A program made the position numbers and the translations under genes. Below, piece after piece: positions 1-13,435 of a DNA stretch of 64,000 bases (positions within the stretch are counted from its first letter, which is position 1; every line of letters starts with the position of its first letter). The notes below the pieces were generated by a model. The model searched no databases and was not told the DNA's origin. It was given only the letters and a program-made list of their open reading frames with translations. This DNA comes from Paraphysomonas bandaiensis (lineage: Eukaryota; Protista; Chrysophyceae): the NCBI GenBank assembly GCA_965644295.1, contig CBFFRP010000078.1, forward strand, positions 62,001-126,000. The letters are read 5' to 3'.

Positions 1-77
1 TTATAGGTGTTAGTTACGCAAGTAACAGTCAAATGCGATATCAAAAATACAATTTATAGGTAAAATATTATAACTAT

Positions 78-501
78 CTCTCAACAAAGTCGGACTCACA
101 CCATTATTTTGTGGTGTTCTGATGATATAGCAATGTACCGGATATATTTCTGAGGAAACTAACGTGAGCTGAATATACCACACAAGCACTTGGCTATATA
201 TAGTCAGCAGATATTGTTCTGCCCAATTATAGCCAAGTGCTTGTGTGGTACAAAGGACACTTTTTTACTAGTCTACAAGGGTCACTTCTTGTGTAGACGA
301 CTTTGGGTTCCTGACGAATAAACAGTCAGACACCGGGAATGGGCCCACCTTTATAGGGTAACCGGGATATTGGGCTGCCTGCTAAAGTTAAGCATCCGGG
401 AAAGGATCCACCTTAAGGATTCAACAACCCTGAAGTCAGCAGATGCATGTCAGGTATATCAACATTCTGCTAGCTCATTGCGTTTGCTCTGAGTGATTGA
501 T
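78..501 (+). mobile_element. SINE-like element, family A, 3'-truncated copy (head and middle only)
   Basis: Starts CTCTCAACAAAGTCGGACTCAC and is colinear with copies at 6185, 11011, 21413 and 43703-44223(-); similarity stops just before the shared 3' motif. Confidence 0.85.
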
Positions 502-763
502 ACCGAGTAAGAGATCACATTATTCGGTATCTGTGTAGCCAATGACGGAGGCAATGCGTCAAACATTACTCATGGATGCATCATGGCAATGACAATGGGA
601 TTAGACCTGTTATATCTTCCCACACGTCCACTGCCTAGTCTTGGTTTCTCATGAACCCGGTCATTGAGATTACAACAAGGCCCTGGCACTGTTCTCCAAG
701 CAGTGTCAGGTACATTTGTGGTGCTTTTATATTATTCTTGCTTTTCCTACTCTAGCGTGTAGG

Positions 764-1991
764 ATATTGGACACATAGAGTGGGGCACTGCTTCTGCGTA
801 AACTGGCACAAGCAGATGGTGGTCCATCAAAGGATAAAGTTAGTTCCCACCTACGCCAGCGAGTACTCAATGCAGCATTGACATGGGACAAATCTTTCAG
901 CATAGGAAGAAACCGGGCTAAAACCAAACACGGACTCGACCTGGCCAAAGCCGCATGTTCTGACTGCGGATTTTGACTAGACTCACTCAAGCACATGTGT
1001 CTAGACACTGTACAAATGACGCCATCACGCAGATAAGGGAGTCTGCATTTCACAACCACAATAACGCGCTTCACGAAGTACTGAGAAATCCGGTACTACC
1101 CCAATGGACCACCACTGCACTACAGCGGCTCTCCAGCAGGGCCTGGAATCCCGCCGTTCCACAGGTAGAGAGATTCTGGACAGGTACCATCACCACTACA
1201 CAACTCGAGACGGTTTTTGGAGATCACATCCATGAGTCATTGACACCCCAGAGACTGCGCAACATCGAATCAGCGGTCATCAGATTGCTTCTACCGCTTT
1301 TCGCTGCAGCAAAGCTAATGATCCAAGATCGAAGTAGAAGATACGTTACCCTACAGAAAGGACCCCCTAGGCTACTACCGCGACCGCGCCCAAAACATAG
1401 ACAGAAATGGAAACGCCCAAGGGTGCTACGATTACTAGGAATTCACAGATGAACCGAGACTGGAACACTGCCCACCACACATAGGAACCCCCCCAGTCAT
1501 ACACTTAGGACCACAGCACCGGACCGCATGACATCATCAGGCCCTAGACAGCGACGCCGTCTCCGGCAACTACACCTATGCGCGACGCTCAAACGGTGCA
1601 CGGCGACTACGCCACAAACCACCACACCACTCACCTCACAACACGCACATCTAGTGCTCGGTACACTTAGGACCTTAATGCATAACCCTGTGCATCAGAG
1701 CCTGGTGGAACCTTATCCCAAGGGGAGACCCCCGGACAACACGCGCCAGTGAGTCCTAAGACTCACGAGCAGGGCGAAAATCACAAACAACATCAAGAAC
1801 GGAAGTGGTCGCACCTTGGTGCTTGCGGCGACGCACAAGCAGCTTCTGTAGCGCTAAATAGTAGGATAATAGAATTTGTGCTGATTAGTTATGGGTAGAG
1901 GTCTAACTAGTATGTCTAGCATTCAACTAGCCACTATATTGGCACGAGTTTTTAACGCCTTTTTGCTAAATAAAAAGACTTTCAATATATA
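764..1991 (+). mobile_element. 5'-truncated non-LTR retrotransposon (LINE family 1), degenerate ORF C-terminus plus 3' UTR
   Basis: Perfect 12-bp direct repeat CTAGCGTGTAGG at 752-763 and 1992-2003 (TSD). Frameshifted ORF has a CxxC..H..C knuckle (ACSDCG/..TQAHVSRHC) and ends KGRPPD; it is homologous to 59953-60481. The 3' end is AATAAAAGACTTTCAATATAT. Confidence 0.85.
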
Positions 1992-3990
1992 CTAGCGTGT
2001 AGGTTTACATTATATTTGTAGGTCTCCTACTAGCGTGAGTCACTCGGGAGAAGAGTGCAAGGTGGATGCATGTGCTGAACGAGTGCACACAATGGAGGGA
2101 AGACATTGGAGTGAGCTTGAATTAGTAACAGATTGAATTCATGCGTCAGTGTGCAATTTTACCAGTGAGACCGCTTCGTGACCGTGGGAGGACCCGGCGC
2201 TGGAGCTACTCTACTCTCCCCTCCAGACTACCTGCTGCTGTGAACACCACCTTGAAGAGGGTCCTAAGATCTGCCGATATACAGGAGACGATATACAAGT
2301 TGTTTGTGTTAGGACTAGTAGATTGGGCAGGAGCGTATGATACGCCCTGAACACACAACTCGTCGTATGCGCATGTAGCTAGCTAAATTGTGTTGTATAG
2401 TTGAGCACTTGTGGGTGCATGCAACAGTAACTAGATGAGAGTCCAGTGTTGTGCTTAGAGTCACGCGAGTTGTTTATTTGGTCGCGGAAACACACAAGCT
2501 TGCGCTTCTTAATAATAAGATTTTCAATATCCATATGACTATGAAATTACCAGAATTTTTTGATTACAGTATATGTATGCCATTTAAAACACTAATGTTA
2601 CGGCTTATGAATGGTGTCTATCCACAAACCGCTATTATTCCACCATCATGTAACAATTATAGCTACAAGTTACCACAAGAAGCTACATCTCAAAGAGTGC
2701 CGAGACCTTTTTAGAGAATTATGCTACTGTTTTATTTCATTGGGAGTGTTTACTTAATTAATCTAATAATACCAACGATATATAGTTTGCATCTTTCTCA
2801 GTTACTGCAAAATAAAAGACGCACTAGTTTCCACTCTAAGCGTTACGTATTCTAAAAATTAGAATAAAAAACTCGTCCAATCCGAAATAGATTCTTTGTT
2901 AGAAACGACTCCACCTTCATTGCTATCAGTAAATATAGAAGCAAGTGTATAAAGGGCTCAAGTGTAGTACCCTCTCCACTGTAAAATTGAGAGTTTCGAG
3001 TATTATTATAGAGAAAATTGTGATTATTCCTCAATTGGTATCCAATACGCATCTTCATGATTATTCCGTACACTTGGCTAATACAGTGTAGCAGTGTATT
3101 ATGGTACATAATAGCCGTTAGTGTGTTGTGCTAGGAATAACATAAATACAAGTGGCTTTAAGAACCTCCTGTAAATGGTATATGTAGTCAACAAGCCAGA
3201 GCGTTACCTTAAGCTGCATCAGTTACTTAGGTATATATGCACCTGATTGCACGATTCTATGACGCTATTGTGGAAGCATACGCATGTTATATTCGCATTA
3301 CCATGCAACAAATTTTTTCATATGCATGAAAAAAAATACATATATATACATACGCAGATATGTTTCTCCGAATTCGACACGAGGATTACTTATGCCATGC
3401 TCAAGACACACATTGTGCTCTTTAATATTATGTTCCCATATCCTGGAGTTATGCCTTCCCTCTCAATCCCACATAAGAAGGGTACCGGACAGCCGATTCC
3501 GTAAAGTAATGCTCGCGATGAGGTTACAGTTACCTACTTCATAAGAAAAATACCAGGAATGAAGTCATATATCCTCGAGGGGAATATGATGGAACCCTAT
3601 TAACAGTGTACCAGTAGACATATTCACTTAATGGGACGCCTCTTCATTCATTGATAATCATGTAGACTGACAGGGTGGCTTGAAGATAGCGTCACATGCA
3701 GTGTAGGAATTCTTCCTACTGGAATATACCATACACGGCACGTACAAGGAAATCCTACACAAATTTTATGCATTTCCACACCCAACACAAAACCCCCCGC
3801 ATAAAAACAAAAAAAGTACGTTTACGACAATGAATGTGAAGATTTCTGTTCCAGAATCCTTTCCTTTCTACACGTACACGCTATACCGTGCGTATATATA
3901 CAGCAACACTGACACAGTTCTCAAATAAAATTGTATTTCTCTCCATTACATATTAACCGACACCAGTAGTCGAAATTAAATATTAGGACA

Positions 3991-5930
3991 ATGGTTAAAG
4001 AGGTAACAAGTTCGTCGGAGTACAGGGATTGTCTAAATGTTCCTAATCTCGTTGTGGTTGACTATTATGCTTCCTGGTTACACACCTAGATATCTTTGCA
4101 TTCCTATATTGTAATCTTCTCTTCCAGGTGTGGGCCCTGTCGTAATATTGCACCATTTGTGGAACAGCTGTCGAATAAATATCCCGATGTTGTGTTTTTA
4201 AAGGTTGGCGAACACCATTGCAGGGTAAGAGTCTGAGGCAGCATGGATAGACATCAATAGACATCAATAACGTGTAATGTAGGATGTCATTATGAGTGCT
4301 GGTGTGAGTGCGTTCCCTACCTTTCAGTTTTTTATAAAATCAGAAAAGATTGACGAGATGCGTGGGGCTAACCCGCATGAGCTTGAAAAGAAGGTGTTGG
4401 AACATAGAGGAAAGGGAGGTGGCGAAGCATTTGCGGGAAGAGGTGTTACTCTGGGCGGGAATGGCTGGAATGGGGTAGGGTATCCACCAGACGGAAATGC
4501 TCGGGAAGCTCGCCTGAAAGCGTTTGGTCACATAGACGAGAAACCCCAATCCAGTGGAATTCCTGTAAATCCATCTGTTCCAGTTACATCAGGTGACGAC
4601 GAGGACGAGGCAATAGCCAAGGCGATCGCTCTCTCTATGTCTGCACAGGATGATATTGATGCTTCTTCTGAGAAAACTGCCGAGGAGAATATGAGTAGAG
4701 ACAGGATGGAGCAGCAAGAAGAAGAGATGGTCCCCGTTCCCGTAAACGAAGAAATGCTTGCGCAGGTATGTGTCTGCTGGTGTGCTCCTCTGTCCATGGT
4801 AATGAGTAAAGTATGTAGCTGCTTGAAATGGATATTCCAGAGGTTCGGGCTCGGAAGGGTCTGGTGCATGGGGGTACTGTGGAGGGGGCCGTGTCATGGA
4901 TAGCGGAGAATCAAGACGATCCTAACATCGACCAGCCTTACATGGTGCGTAAAAGTGAAGCGATTCCCCGGACCCCACTGACAGATGAAGAGAGGGCTAC
5001 AAAAGTACAAGAAATGAAGGAGAAAGCCGCACGCCTCAAACGTGAGAGGGAAGAGAAAGAAAAACAAGACGCGTGGGTGCTCTATTTATATGTGTATAAA
5101 TTCTTATGGTGGTAAATGTACAGCATCATCCGGGAGAAAGAGCGACGAGAAAGGGGGCAGAAGCTCAACCAGACGCAAGAGGAGCGAGACCGTATGATGA
5201 GAAAGATTGAGGCGGAGAAAATAAAACGGGAGAAATTGGAGGCCAAGCGGGAGCGGGAGCGTCTTCGTGCAGAGATCGCTAGAGATAAGGAACTGCGTAG
5301 GGCTAACAATGGCGTCCTCCCGAGTGTACTTGGGGCGGAGGGATACAATCCTTCAGCATTAAAGTACGACGCTAAAGATACTTCTGCGGAACACCCTGCA
5401 AGTACTACCAAGGTTGCGGCAGTGAAGGAGAAAGCCATACCCGTTAAGCAGGCAACACACTCAGCAACAGCACCTCCAGGTGTTCCTCCAGCTGAAACGA
5501 TTGACACAGCCATCAACACTATATCGCGGTATCGTACAGGTGGAGATGGGGGAAATGCTTTACGTTTGCTTCTTCTTTTCTTGAAAAACATTCGGGACAA
5601 CCCCAGTGAGGAAAAGTGCGTGTTGAGTATTGTACTGTACAAGTATTACCAACGACTTATCTGTTACTTAGGTACCGATCTGTGAACATGGAGAGCAAGG
5701 CGTACAAATCGAAGCTCGCACCTTTGGTGGGTCCCTCTGCACTACTAAAAGCAGTTGGATTTGTGGTCAATTCGAGTGATGGAAAGCTCAACTATACAGG
5801 GTGAGTATCTAATTCCAAGTTTGGATTTCATAATGACTATGTTTGTAGCGATGATATGGAACTTCTTGATTCAACTATTTCGAAGCTATCAGAGGCGGAA
5901 GAAAGGTATCGCCAAATGAATAATTGTTGA
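3991..5930 (+). CDS. Thioredoxin-UIM-UBA-coiled-coil-PUB domain protein (putative p97/Cdc48 cofactor), multi-exon
   Basis: Spliced MVKEV...VVVDYYASW|CGPC thioredoxin; UIM DDEDEAIAKAIALSM; UBA VNEEMLAQ|LLEMDIPEVRARKGL..AVSWI; charged coiled coil; PUB LLLFLKNIRDNPSEEK|YRSVNMESKAY..LKAVGF. ATG at 3991, stop TGA at 5928-5930. Confidence 0.85.
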
Positions 5931-6184
5931 TACAACCCTCATGCATTTGTTATACTTTCTGTAATAACCTACCTGCATCTTATTTATTTTTACCGGGAGG
6001 GTATTATTTGTTGATGCAGAGAATTTCTCTCTTGCACTATTAAACTTAAAATAGTACCTACTACCTAAGTGAAATGTAAGATTAATTACTCTACAATAAG
6101 CAATTTATAGCAACAAAAAAACGCCAAGAAGTAAGATTATGTAGAAACCTTTAGTGAACACAACAAATATTCCAACACAACACT

Positions 6185-6657
6185 CCCTCAATAAAGTCGG
6201 ACTCGCACCTTTTCGTGGTCTTCTGGGGATAGCAAGCAAAGTGCCGAAGATATTTCTCCGGGTAACTAACGTGAGTCGCAGATGTTGTTCGCCCACTCAT
6301 AGCCAAATGCTTGTGTGGTGTGTGGTACTGTACAATGGACACTAATAATTGTCACTTGCGTTGACGTCTTTAGGCTGTGGCGAATAAACAGGAGATAAAC
6401 AGGTATCCGTGAGTGGTATTTGGTAACCGGGGTATTGGGCTGCCTGCTAAAGTCGAAAGTCATGCATCCGGCTATGGGCCCACCTTAAGGACTAAGGACT
6501 CAACAACCCTGAAGTCAGCAGATATCAGGTATATCAACATTCTACTTGCTCACTGCGTCTACTTAGAGCGAAAATGGTTGCACCTTGGTGCTTGAGGTGA
6601 CTCACAAGCAGCCTTCGTAGTGTTAAATAGTAGGATATCAGATATCAGAGTATAGCA
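6185..6657 (+). mobile_element. SINE-like element, family A, lacking the distal tail
   Basis: Begins CCCTCAATAAAGTCGGACTCGCACCTTTTCGTGG and includes the 3' junction motif at ~6569-6618. Confidence 0.85.
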
Positions 6658-8317
6658 CATACTTTAATATCCACCATTGAGCTGCTTCTGATTTTATATA
6701 CGATCCGTTGTTACTTATGCCAATAATAGAGATTTCCTGTACGTGAGCTGTGGGACTGGTCCCGCCTCCACCTTTTGAAGCAGCGTTTATGCAAGACACA
6801 AGAACATTACACCATGAAGTTTCACAAGTTTGGTAAAAAATTAGATGACGAAGGTGTGAAGAGTGAAGTCTCTTTTGACTTTTGAATCTGTAGCTGAAGA
6901 AGCTTTGAAACTTACGACATCAAGAATCGAAGATGAACTATATAATGATAATTGTAATTAGGATACTGGGAATAATTAGGACGGTCTGATCATCAGTCAT
7001 CGTATGCCAGTGTGACTCAATCAGAACAAGGGTATATTATATTACAATATATAGATGTTGCCCTATTGCGTTATGTATTGAATGCTTCATCAATAGCATT
7101 AGTACGATTCTAACTTGCAATACTCTTATAATTAATCGTACATAATAATTTCTGCGACATTAACAAACAGTGAGTTGTCACCACAGTCTATTTAATCAGA
7201 CCCAAGCAATCTAACTGGCTCGTATTCTGGTATTGATACCCATCTATATTATGTATATTACAACGATTCTCACATAATAGACAATAGACACTGAAGTCGA
7301 TTGACAAGAAGGAAATGGAGATGCTATCTAGAAGAATCGAGAATATCTTTGACGACTCTTCTTCATATTTGCTGCACATAAACGTGCTCCTTTGTTGAAT
7401 TACACTGTAGGTTGTCACAAAGTGTGGCACCCTGTATTTCACTTCTGCCCTATCTCGCGTGTCTCCACACACTACTGAACTTCACGGGAGTGTAATCCCA
7501 TCATATCCCGAATTCCCTGGTCTTCACATAAAGCTTCTCTACCTTGTCCAGTACTTACATTTGGCACATAATATTTTGCAAATATTTGACTGCTCCTCTC
7601 CCCCCCACTCTATACTCTTTGTTCTCTCTATCCAGCTCCAACCTTCCAGGGCCACGGTGAGAGTCACCATTTGAATCAAAATGGCACATCATCCTAAAGT
7701 GGTGCAGTGCTGATGAAATATTAGAAGTTGTGAATGCATTTCAAATTGACAATAGACTTGAAACTGAGCAAATTCAAAAAAGCCGCATCTGCCTTGATTA
7801 GGCATACACAAATTCAAAATCCCAAGAATGCTGGTTCTCACTGATAGCCTAGTCATGAATACTTCTTGATGGATTATACGATGTGCATCGGCAGTCAGCA
7901 TCTTATTTTTCGGTAATAAAATGAAGCAAATATACTCTATACAACTGCAGTATAAATACGGCTGGAATACACATAATTGTTGTCTCAATATTAGAGGCAT
8001 CTTTGAACAAAAATATACAAAGGATGCCGATACGAAAACCTTGAAGTGAATACAAATACCCGTTTGTAGGTTTTTTACAGAGTTCGATTACAAAAAGCGG
8101 GGTTTTGGTAAAGACTTGTTTCAAAGTTTTAAAAAAAACACATGCCACACGAAAAGTGGGGATTTTCTGTTGCAAAGAATAGCTATAGTGGAGCGTCAAC
8201 CTCACTTGTTGCTGATTTGTATGATGTGCAAAACATAACAATCGCAAGTATAATCTGAACAATATTAAACAGAGGGACAACTGTAATGACATTTCTTCGT
8301 AATTGAGCCCACTCGCA

Positions 8318-9387
8318 ATGCTAAGCAGAATAGGGGGTAAAGTGATTGTGCTACCGCGGCGCATGGGTTGCAGGAAAGAGATGGTGTCAGTGGCCCGTGC
8401 ATGTGCCATAACAAATTACAGGGTCGAGGCTCGCTATTTTTGTGAGAAATCACAACAGTATAATAAATCGGATACACCCAATAATGGAAAAAATGATATT
8501 AAAGTGACGAGAACTAGGCGCGAACTTACTCGTGCCCGGTTTATTCATGTACTAAACCTCCCAGCTAATACCACCAAACAAGAGATTACCGACCTAGTAG
8601 AGAAAACTGGTCCCATTAATGAAGTTGAAATCAACAAAGCGACCAATTCCAAAGATAAATTATATGCAGTTGTTTCCTACGCGTCTGCAGAGGACGCAGA
8701 ATCTGCTGTGGAGCAATTGCAGGACTTGTCCTTGCACGGAAGTTCCCTGGATGTGCGGACCACCTCTCTGAAGGTATGTATCACATTTATCCGTATTACA
8801 TATATGTGTCTAAATTAACTTAACAGGACATAGACTTTTGTGATCGCAAGAGGAACTTATTTGTCGGAAACCTTACACCACGGGTCACGGAAAGTATGCT
8901 TTACGGACATATGAACCAGTGGGGAGGTGTACTTAAAGCTGCTATATTCACAAAGCCGAATGGACATTCGAAATGCTGTGGTCTTGTTGCGTTCGAGAGC
9001 GAAGAAAAGGCTGTTGCCGCAATGGAAAATGCTCAGAATTCGAAACTAGACAACCGCATCGTATTGGTGAAGAGGGACGAAGACGTTTCCGATAGAGCTT
9101 ATCCAGAAAATAACTCAGATCAGACTAAAGTATTAATCGACCCCACTCGCTCGGTATTTGTTACGAATATACATTATGATTTGAACACGCAAATGGTATT
9201 TGACTTTATGTCAGAAGCGGGAACAGTGAAGAAAGTCAATCTCTTTCGTGATAGCAACGGGCAGTCGAAGGGCAGAGCTCTAGTTGAGTACGTAGACAGC
9301 AAAGGAGCGCGGAACGCTCTTAGTACTTTAGATGGGGTTAACTTTTTTTACAGAAATATATATATCAGGCCATGCAATCCTATTTAA
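8318..9387 (+). CDS. Three-RRM RNA-binding protein (Gbp2/hnRNP-M-like), possible mitochondrial presequence; intron 8774-8826
   Basis: RNP2/RNP1 motifs IHVLNL..YAVVSY, LFVGNL..CCGLVAF, VFVTNI..KGRALVEY; Arg-rich N-terminus MLSRIGGK. Confidence 0.8.
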
Positions 9388-9825
9388 TTGGTAGCGTAGG
9401 ATCTAACAACTATTGGTACGTTCGAAGCATCACCTATCAATATGATGTAGAAGTTATAAATAATGTAAACAGGGTTCTGAATACGTACGAATAAACTTTT
9501 ATATGCGACTATATTTCTATAATTCAGTTTCGAATGCCTGATGTGTATCTATAAGTGAACGTACTGCTTTAGTATACCCCGTGTACTGCCCTTGTGATAC
9601 ATCGATGCTTTTCTGTGAATAATAACCCTTCTAGTAACTCGACATCGTGTATTTCGTCATAAATTTCTTCCATCTGATATCAACTCTTTGATTTTAACGA
9701 GATCATATCAGCTTGTGACATTTGGATACATAAGTAACAGAACTTGAATGTTCTTAATTACTTAATAACCACTTGTTAGTAAAATTATAACCAACATCTA
9801 TCTCTTGTCATTCATTGATATTTGC

Positions 9826-10225
9826 CAGAGCTGCGTATCAATTAATAATGGTCAATTATTGAAATTGGGACATCAAGTAATAATTGCAATTATAATAGAC
9901 TCCAGCTCGCTTCAATAATTGTCACTTAATTGCAATTAATTGATATAAAATACCACCTTTTTATACTGAAAAGTTGTTTAAGAACGGCATTTTTATTGCA
10001 AAAATCCAATTTTTACGAAAAAAAATCGAAGATTGGTGAAAGACTATATTATTCATAGGGATATCTTACATTGTAATTCATTTACTTAATTAGCGATATA
10101 GCGATAAACTGGTACCAGAAGTCATTGCACGAGTGTTCTTTGAGAAATAAATGATAATAACGAAAAGGTTGCAATAGTAGAGACTTGGCAATGCCGGAGT
10201 GTCCTGTAGGAAAAGGTGTTCTACT
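9826..10225 (+). mobile_element. Left end of hAT-like DNA transposon family H1 (relic)
   Basis: TIR-like CAGAGCTGCGTATCAATTAAT with AATTG/CAATT subterminal repeats; colinear with 51533-51876. Confidence 0.7.
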
Positions 10226-11010
10226 ACCAATGCTATCATGTATGTCTTAAATAGTACTAAACTATACTCTAAATTACGCAGTACTACTTAATAAATTATG
10301 TTTGGAGAAACACAGTAAAATTGTGATGTTGTGATTGTAAAAATACATCAACCATCACCAGTATTCAATATATTATTCTACAAATCATAATAATACCATT
10401 AACAGCTACTATATTTTATATTTTCCATTTTTTGTATATTTAATATTTACTATTTATTGTAGTCCTGCAGATTCTGTGTTTTATTACTACATAGAATACA
10501 GGATAGCTACTAGCGATAGACTTACAAGTACGTACGTAGAAGTTGGTTGTAACAGAGAGACACGATCGTATACAGTCAAAGTATTTCAGTTTCGCTATCA
10601 TAATTCATGTATAAATTAACGGTCAGACCTTCAAACACAGGTTTTACTAGCTTAGAGACTGTTGGAATACGTATGTTTTCCTAAGAGATAGAAACGTAGA
10701 ATACGTTAAATACAATGTGAAAAACTGGAATAAGTAGACAAAATTACTACAATATAGCTATATCACAGTGACTATATAGCAATGCAAGATACGGACGCTA
10801 CTATAGTCTAACGACATTGCTTCTTTCGTTAAACGATCTATACAAGTATAAAGTTCAAAAGCCAATAGAGACAATAATACGACAATACCAGCTAGTTTTG
10901 CTTCTTTATTCAATAGCTAGTATGAACCAGCAGGGCTAGTAGGGAACAACATGCTGTTGAGTTGTAAAATATTGATTAGTGGAATGGCCAAAAATCCATA
11001 TTATTAAGGT

Positions 11011-11536
11011 CCCTCAATAAAGGTGGACTCGCACCTTTTCGTGGTTGTGCTGGGGATAGTAAGCAAAGTGCCGGAGATATTTCTCCGGTACACTAAAACG
11101 TGAGCTGCATATATAGTCAGCAGATATTGTTCTGCCCACTCATAGCCAAATGCTTGTGTGGTACTGTACAAAGCACACTAATAAGTGTCACTTGTGTTGA
11201 CGTCTTTGGGCCCTGACGAATAAACAGGCATCCGGGAATGGGTCCACCACTAAAGAATATCCGGGGTATCGGGCTGCCTGCTGAAGTCAAGTATCCGGGA
11301 AAGGGTCCACCTTACGAGCATCCAGGGTATCGGGCTGCCTACTGAAGTCAATCATCCCGGCTAGTGCACCTTAAGGACAGAGAGAAAGTGGTTGCAACTT
11401 GGTGCTTGCGGTGACCCACAAGCAGCTTTCGTAGCGCTAAATGGTAGGATATCAGAGTTGAGCACTAGTTGATTCAATTGTTTTGCCACATTAGTTTTGA
11501 CTCTTACACGCGTATTGCTAATAATCAGACATTCAC
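11011..11536 (+). mobile_element. SINE-like element, family A, full length (tail variant B)
   Basis: Head CCCTCAATAAAGGTGGACTCGC, internal CATCCGGG repeats, junction motif at ~11384-11431, ends GCTAATAATCAGACATTCA. Confidence 0.85.
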
Positions 11537-11612
11537 TACTAGGTTCCGCTGATTTGTAGTGTGTTGCCTACTGTGTTCCATGAGGCACTGCTCTGCTAGC
11601 TGCTAGTACTTT

Positions 11613-12112
11613 CAGGGCTGCGTATGAATTAATAATCGCAGATAGTAGTCAATTAATTTTGTACAAACATACATTACCTGCCAATATTGTAGCTACTTCA
11701 ACTGTCGTTTCAGTCCAGAGGCGACGGTTCATGCGTAATAACATAAGTAATTCTAAATGCAAATTAGTCACAACAATCTTAGCTCTACCGAACAACCTTT
11801 CAACCTTATTGGTTGTGATATGCAAGTGCTTTAATATGCTGCGGTAACGAGCTCGCTTGCGCTGCCTAATACCATCAATCTAACGTTGCGCTGTGTCGTC
11901 ATTCTGAACTAGACTCTCACTGCCATTATGTATGATATTATGATAGCCCTATGGATATTATAGTCTATCATCAATATTCGTGATCAATTAATTGACGCTA
12001 GCTGGAGTCAATTATAATAGCAATTATGATTTGATGTGCGTCCCAATTTCAATTATTGCAATTTCAATAATTGACAATTAATTGAAAATCAATTAATTGA
12101 TACGCAGCCCTG
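11613..12112 (-). mobile_element. Internally deleted H1 element (MITE-like)
   Basis: Inverted ends CAGGGCTGCGTATGAATTAAT and ATTAATTGATACGCAGCCCTG; the right end is the reverse complement of the H1 left end. No clear TSD. Confidence 0.75.
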
Positions 12113-13435
12113 GTAGTTATTACTTTTTAGTAGCCACTTTAGAGGCAGCACCAACATATTATATTACTTTATGATACCTATAAGCTAGAAATGATATATT
12201 AAAATTATAATTTGCTAGCAATACTACATTCTACAGAGAAAAACACCACGTTGAAATGCATGCATGAACTTCTCAAGAAAATGCTCCCTTGGATGTTTGA
12301 AACTGTTTACACTCGTTAGTGTCTCTGCGTAATCCCTGTCGGGCACAGGTCACAGTAACAGTTTCCTCATTCATCTTGCTACAAAGAATGAACAAACCCG
12401 CTTCGAACTTCAATTCTTGCATCCCGAATGGATACAATTACCATTAGTGTACGCCCTCTAAGATAATTCCTCAGAGAAGTATATAAACACAAAGAGAAGT
12501 AGACAAAAACAGCTACCTGAGGAGCACTGTTCAAGAGATATTTCGCCCTAAGTAGAACTGGTTCATGCTGCCTAACTGCACAACCTCTCGGACTATCTTA
12601 AACCATTATTGAGGTCAAAGTTTGCCCTTAGACTGGAATGATGCCCTGGTCTTGATCATGGAGTCTTTCTGGTACTGCTCGTGTATGATCTTATATCATT
12701 TAGAGTTGTCACTCAGAGAACACAAATCAGACTTTATGCAAACTAGTTGTAAGAATTGCACAGAACTCATATATGTGAAAGTCCGGCTGTATACAAAACG
12801 TTTTGAGGGCTAAACTTCACTGTAGGGATGTGGATCAGTACAGCCTGATGTGAGAGTTACCTCTGCGAAATGAAAATGTTGATTGATTCGTGTCCAATGC
12901 TCCATGATTGATACAATGGGGGTGGAATGATACTCGCAGTGTTGTGTGATTAGTAAAAAAAACGACTCTCGATGATGTAAAAAAATGCACACCTGCGTAT
13001 GCATATGCCTTGTGTGTACTGCTGCTGGTGAGGGTGTGCTTTGGAGGGTTTGAAAGACGATCACTGACGTTTCATGTCTTCCATTTGCCCCTTCCTTCTG
13101 CTCCTGCTGTACATACACGCACCTGCCCATCTTGTTAATATATGTATGAAAAAAACCATTGCAATGGCGAGTATGCAACCCAACACACACATACGGCTAT
13201 ATACAGAGAGAGTACATGAAGTTTAGGAGCGTGTTGAGGTGGTGATATATGTACACTATATGTGCTCTATAAGCGAACGAAACACAGAGAGCTTAACAGA
13301 GAGCATCCACCGATTAGAAAGGGACTTTAAGTACCATGTGTTGGCTATGCGCGGACTAACTATAATAGACAGTTGCTGAAACTAACCTCTGAAGAACTAA
13401 CGACTCTCTGGGCCTGACTCTCCTTCACGACAGAT

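Noticed and set aside
6700-8200. Short ORFs on both strands and a CACTA-like end near 8190
   Set aside because: No recognisable motif, consistent exon chain or matching second terminus.
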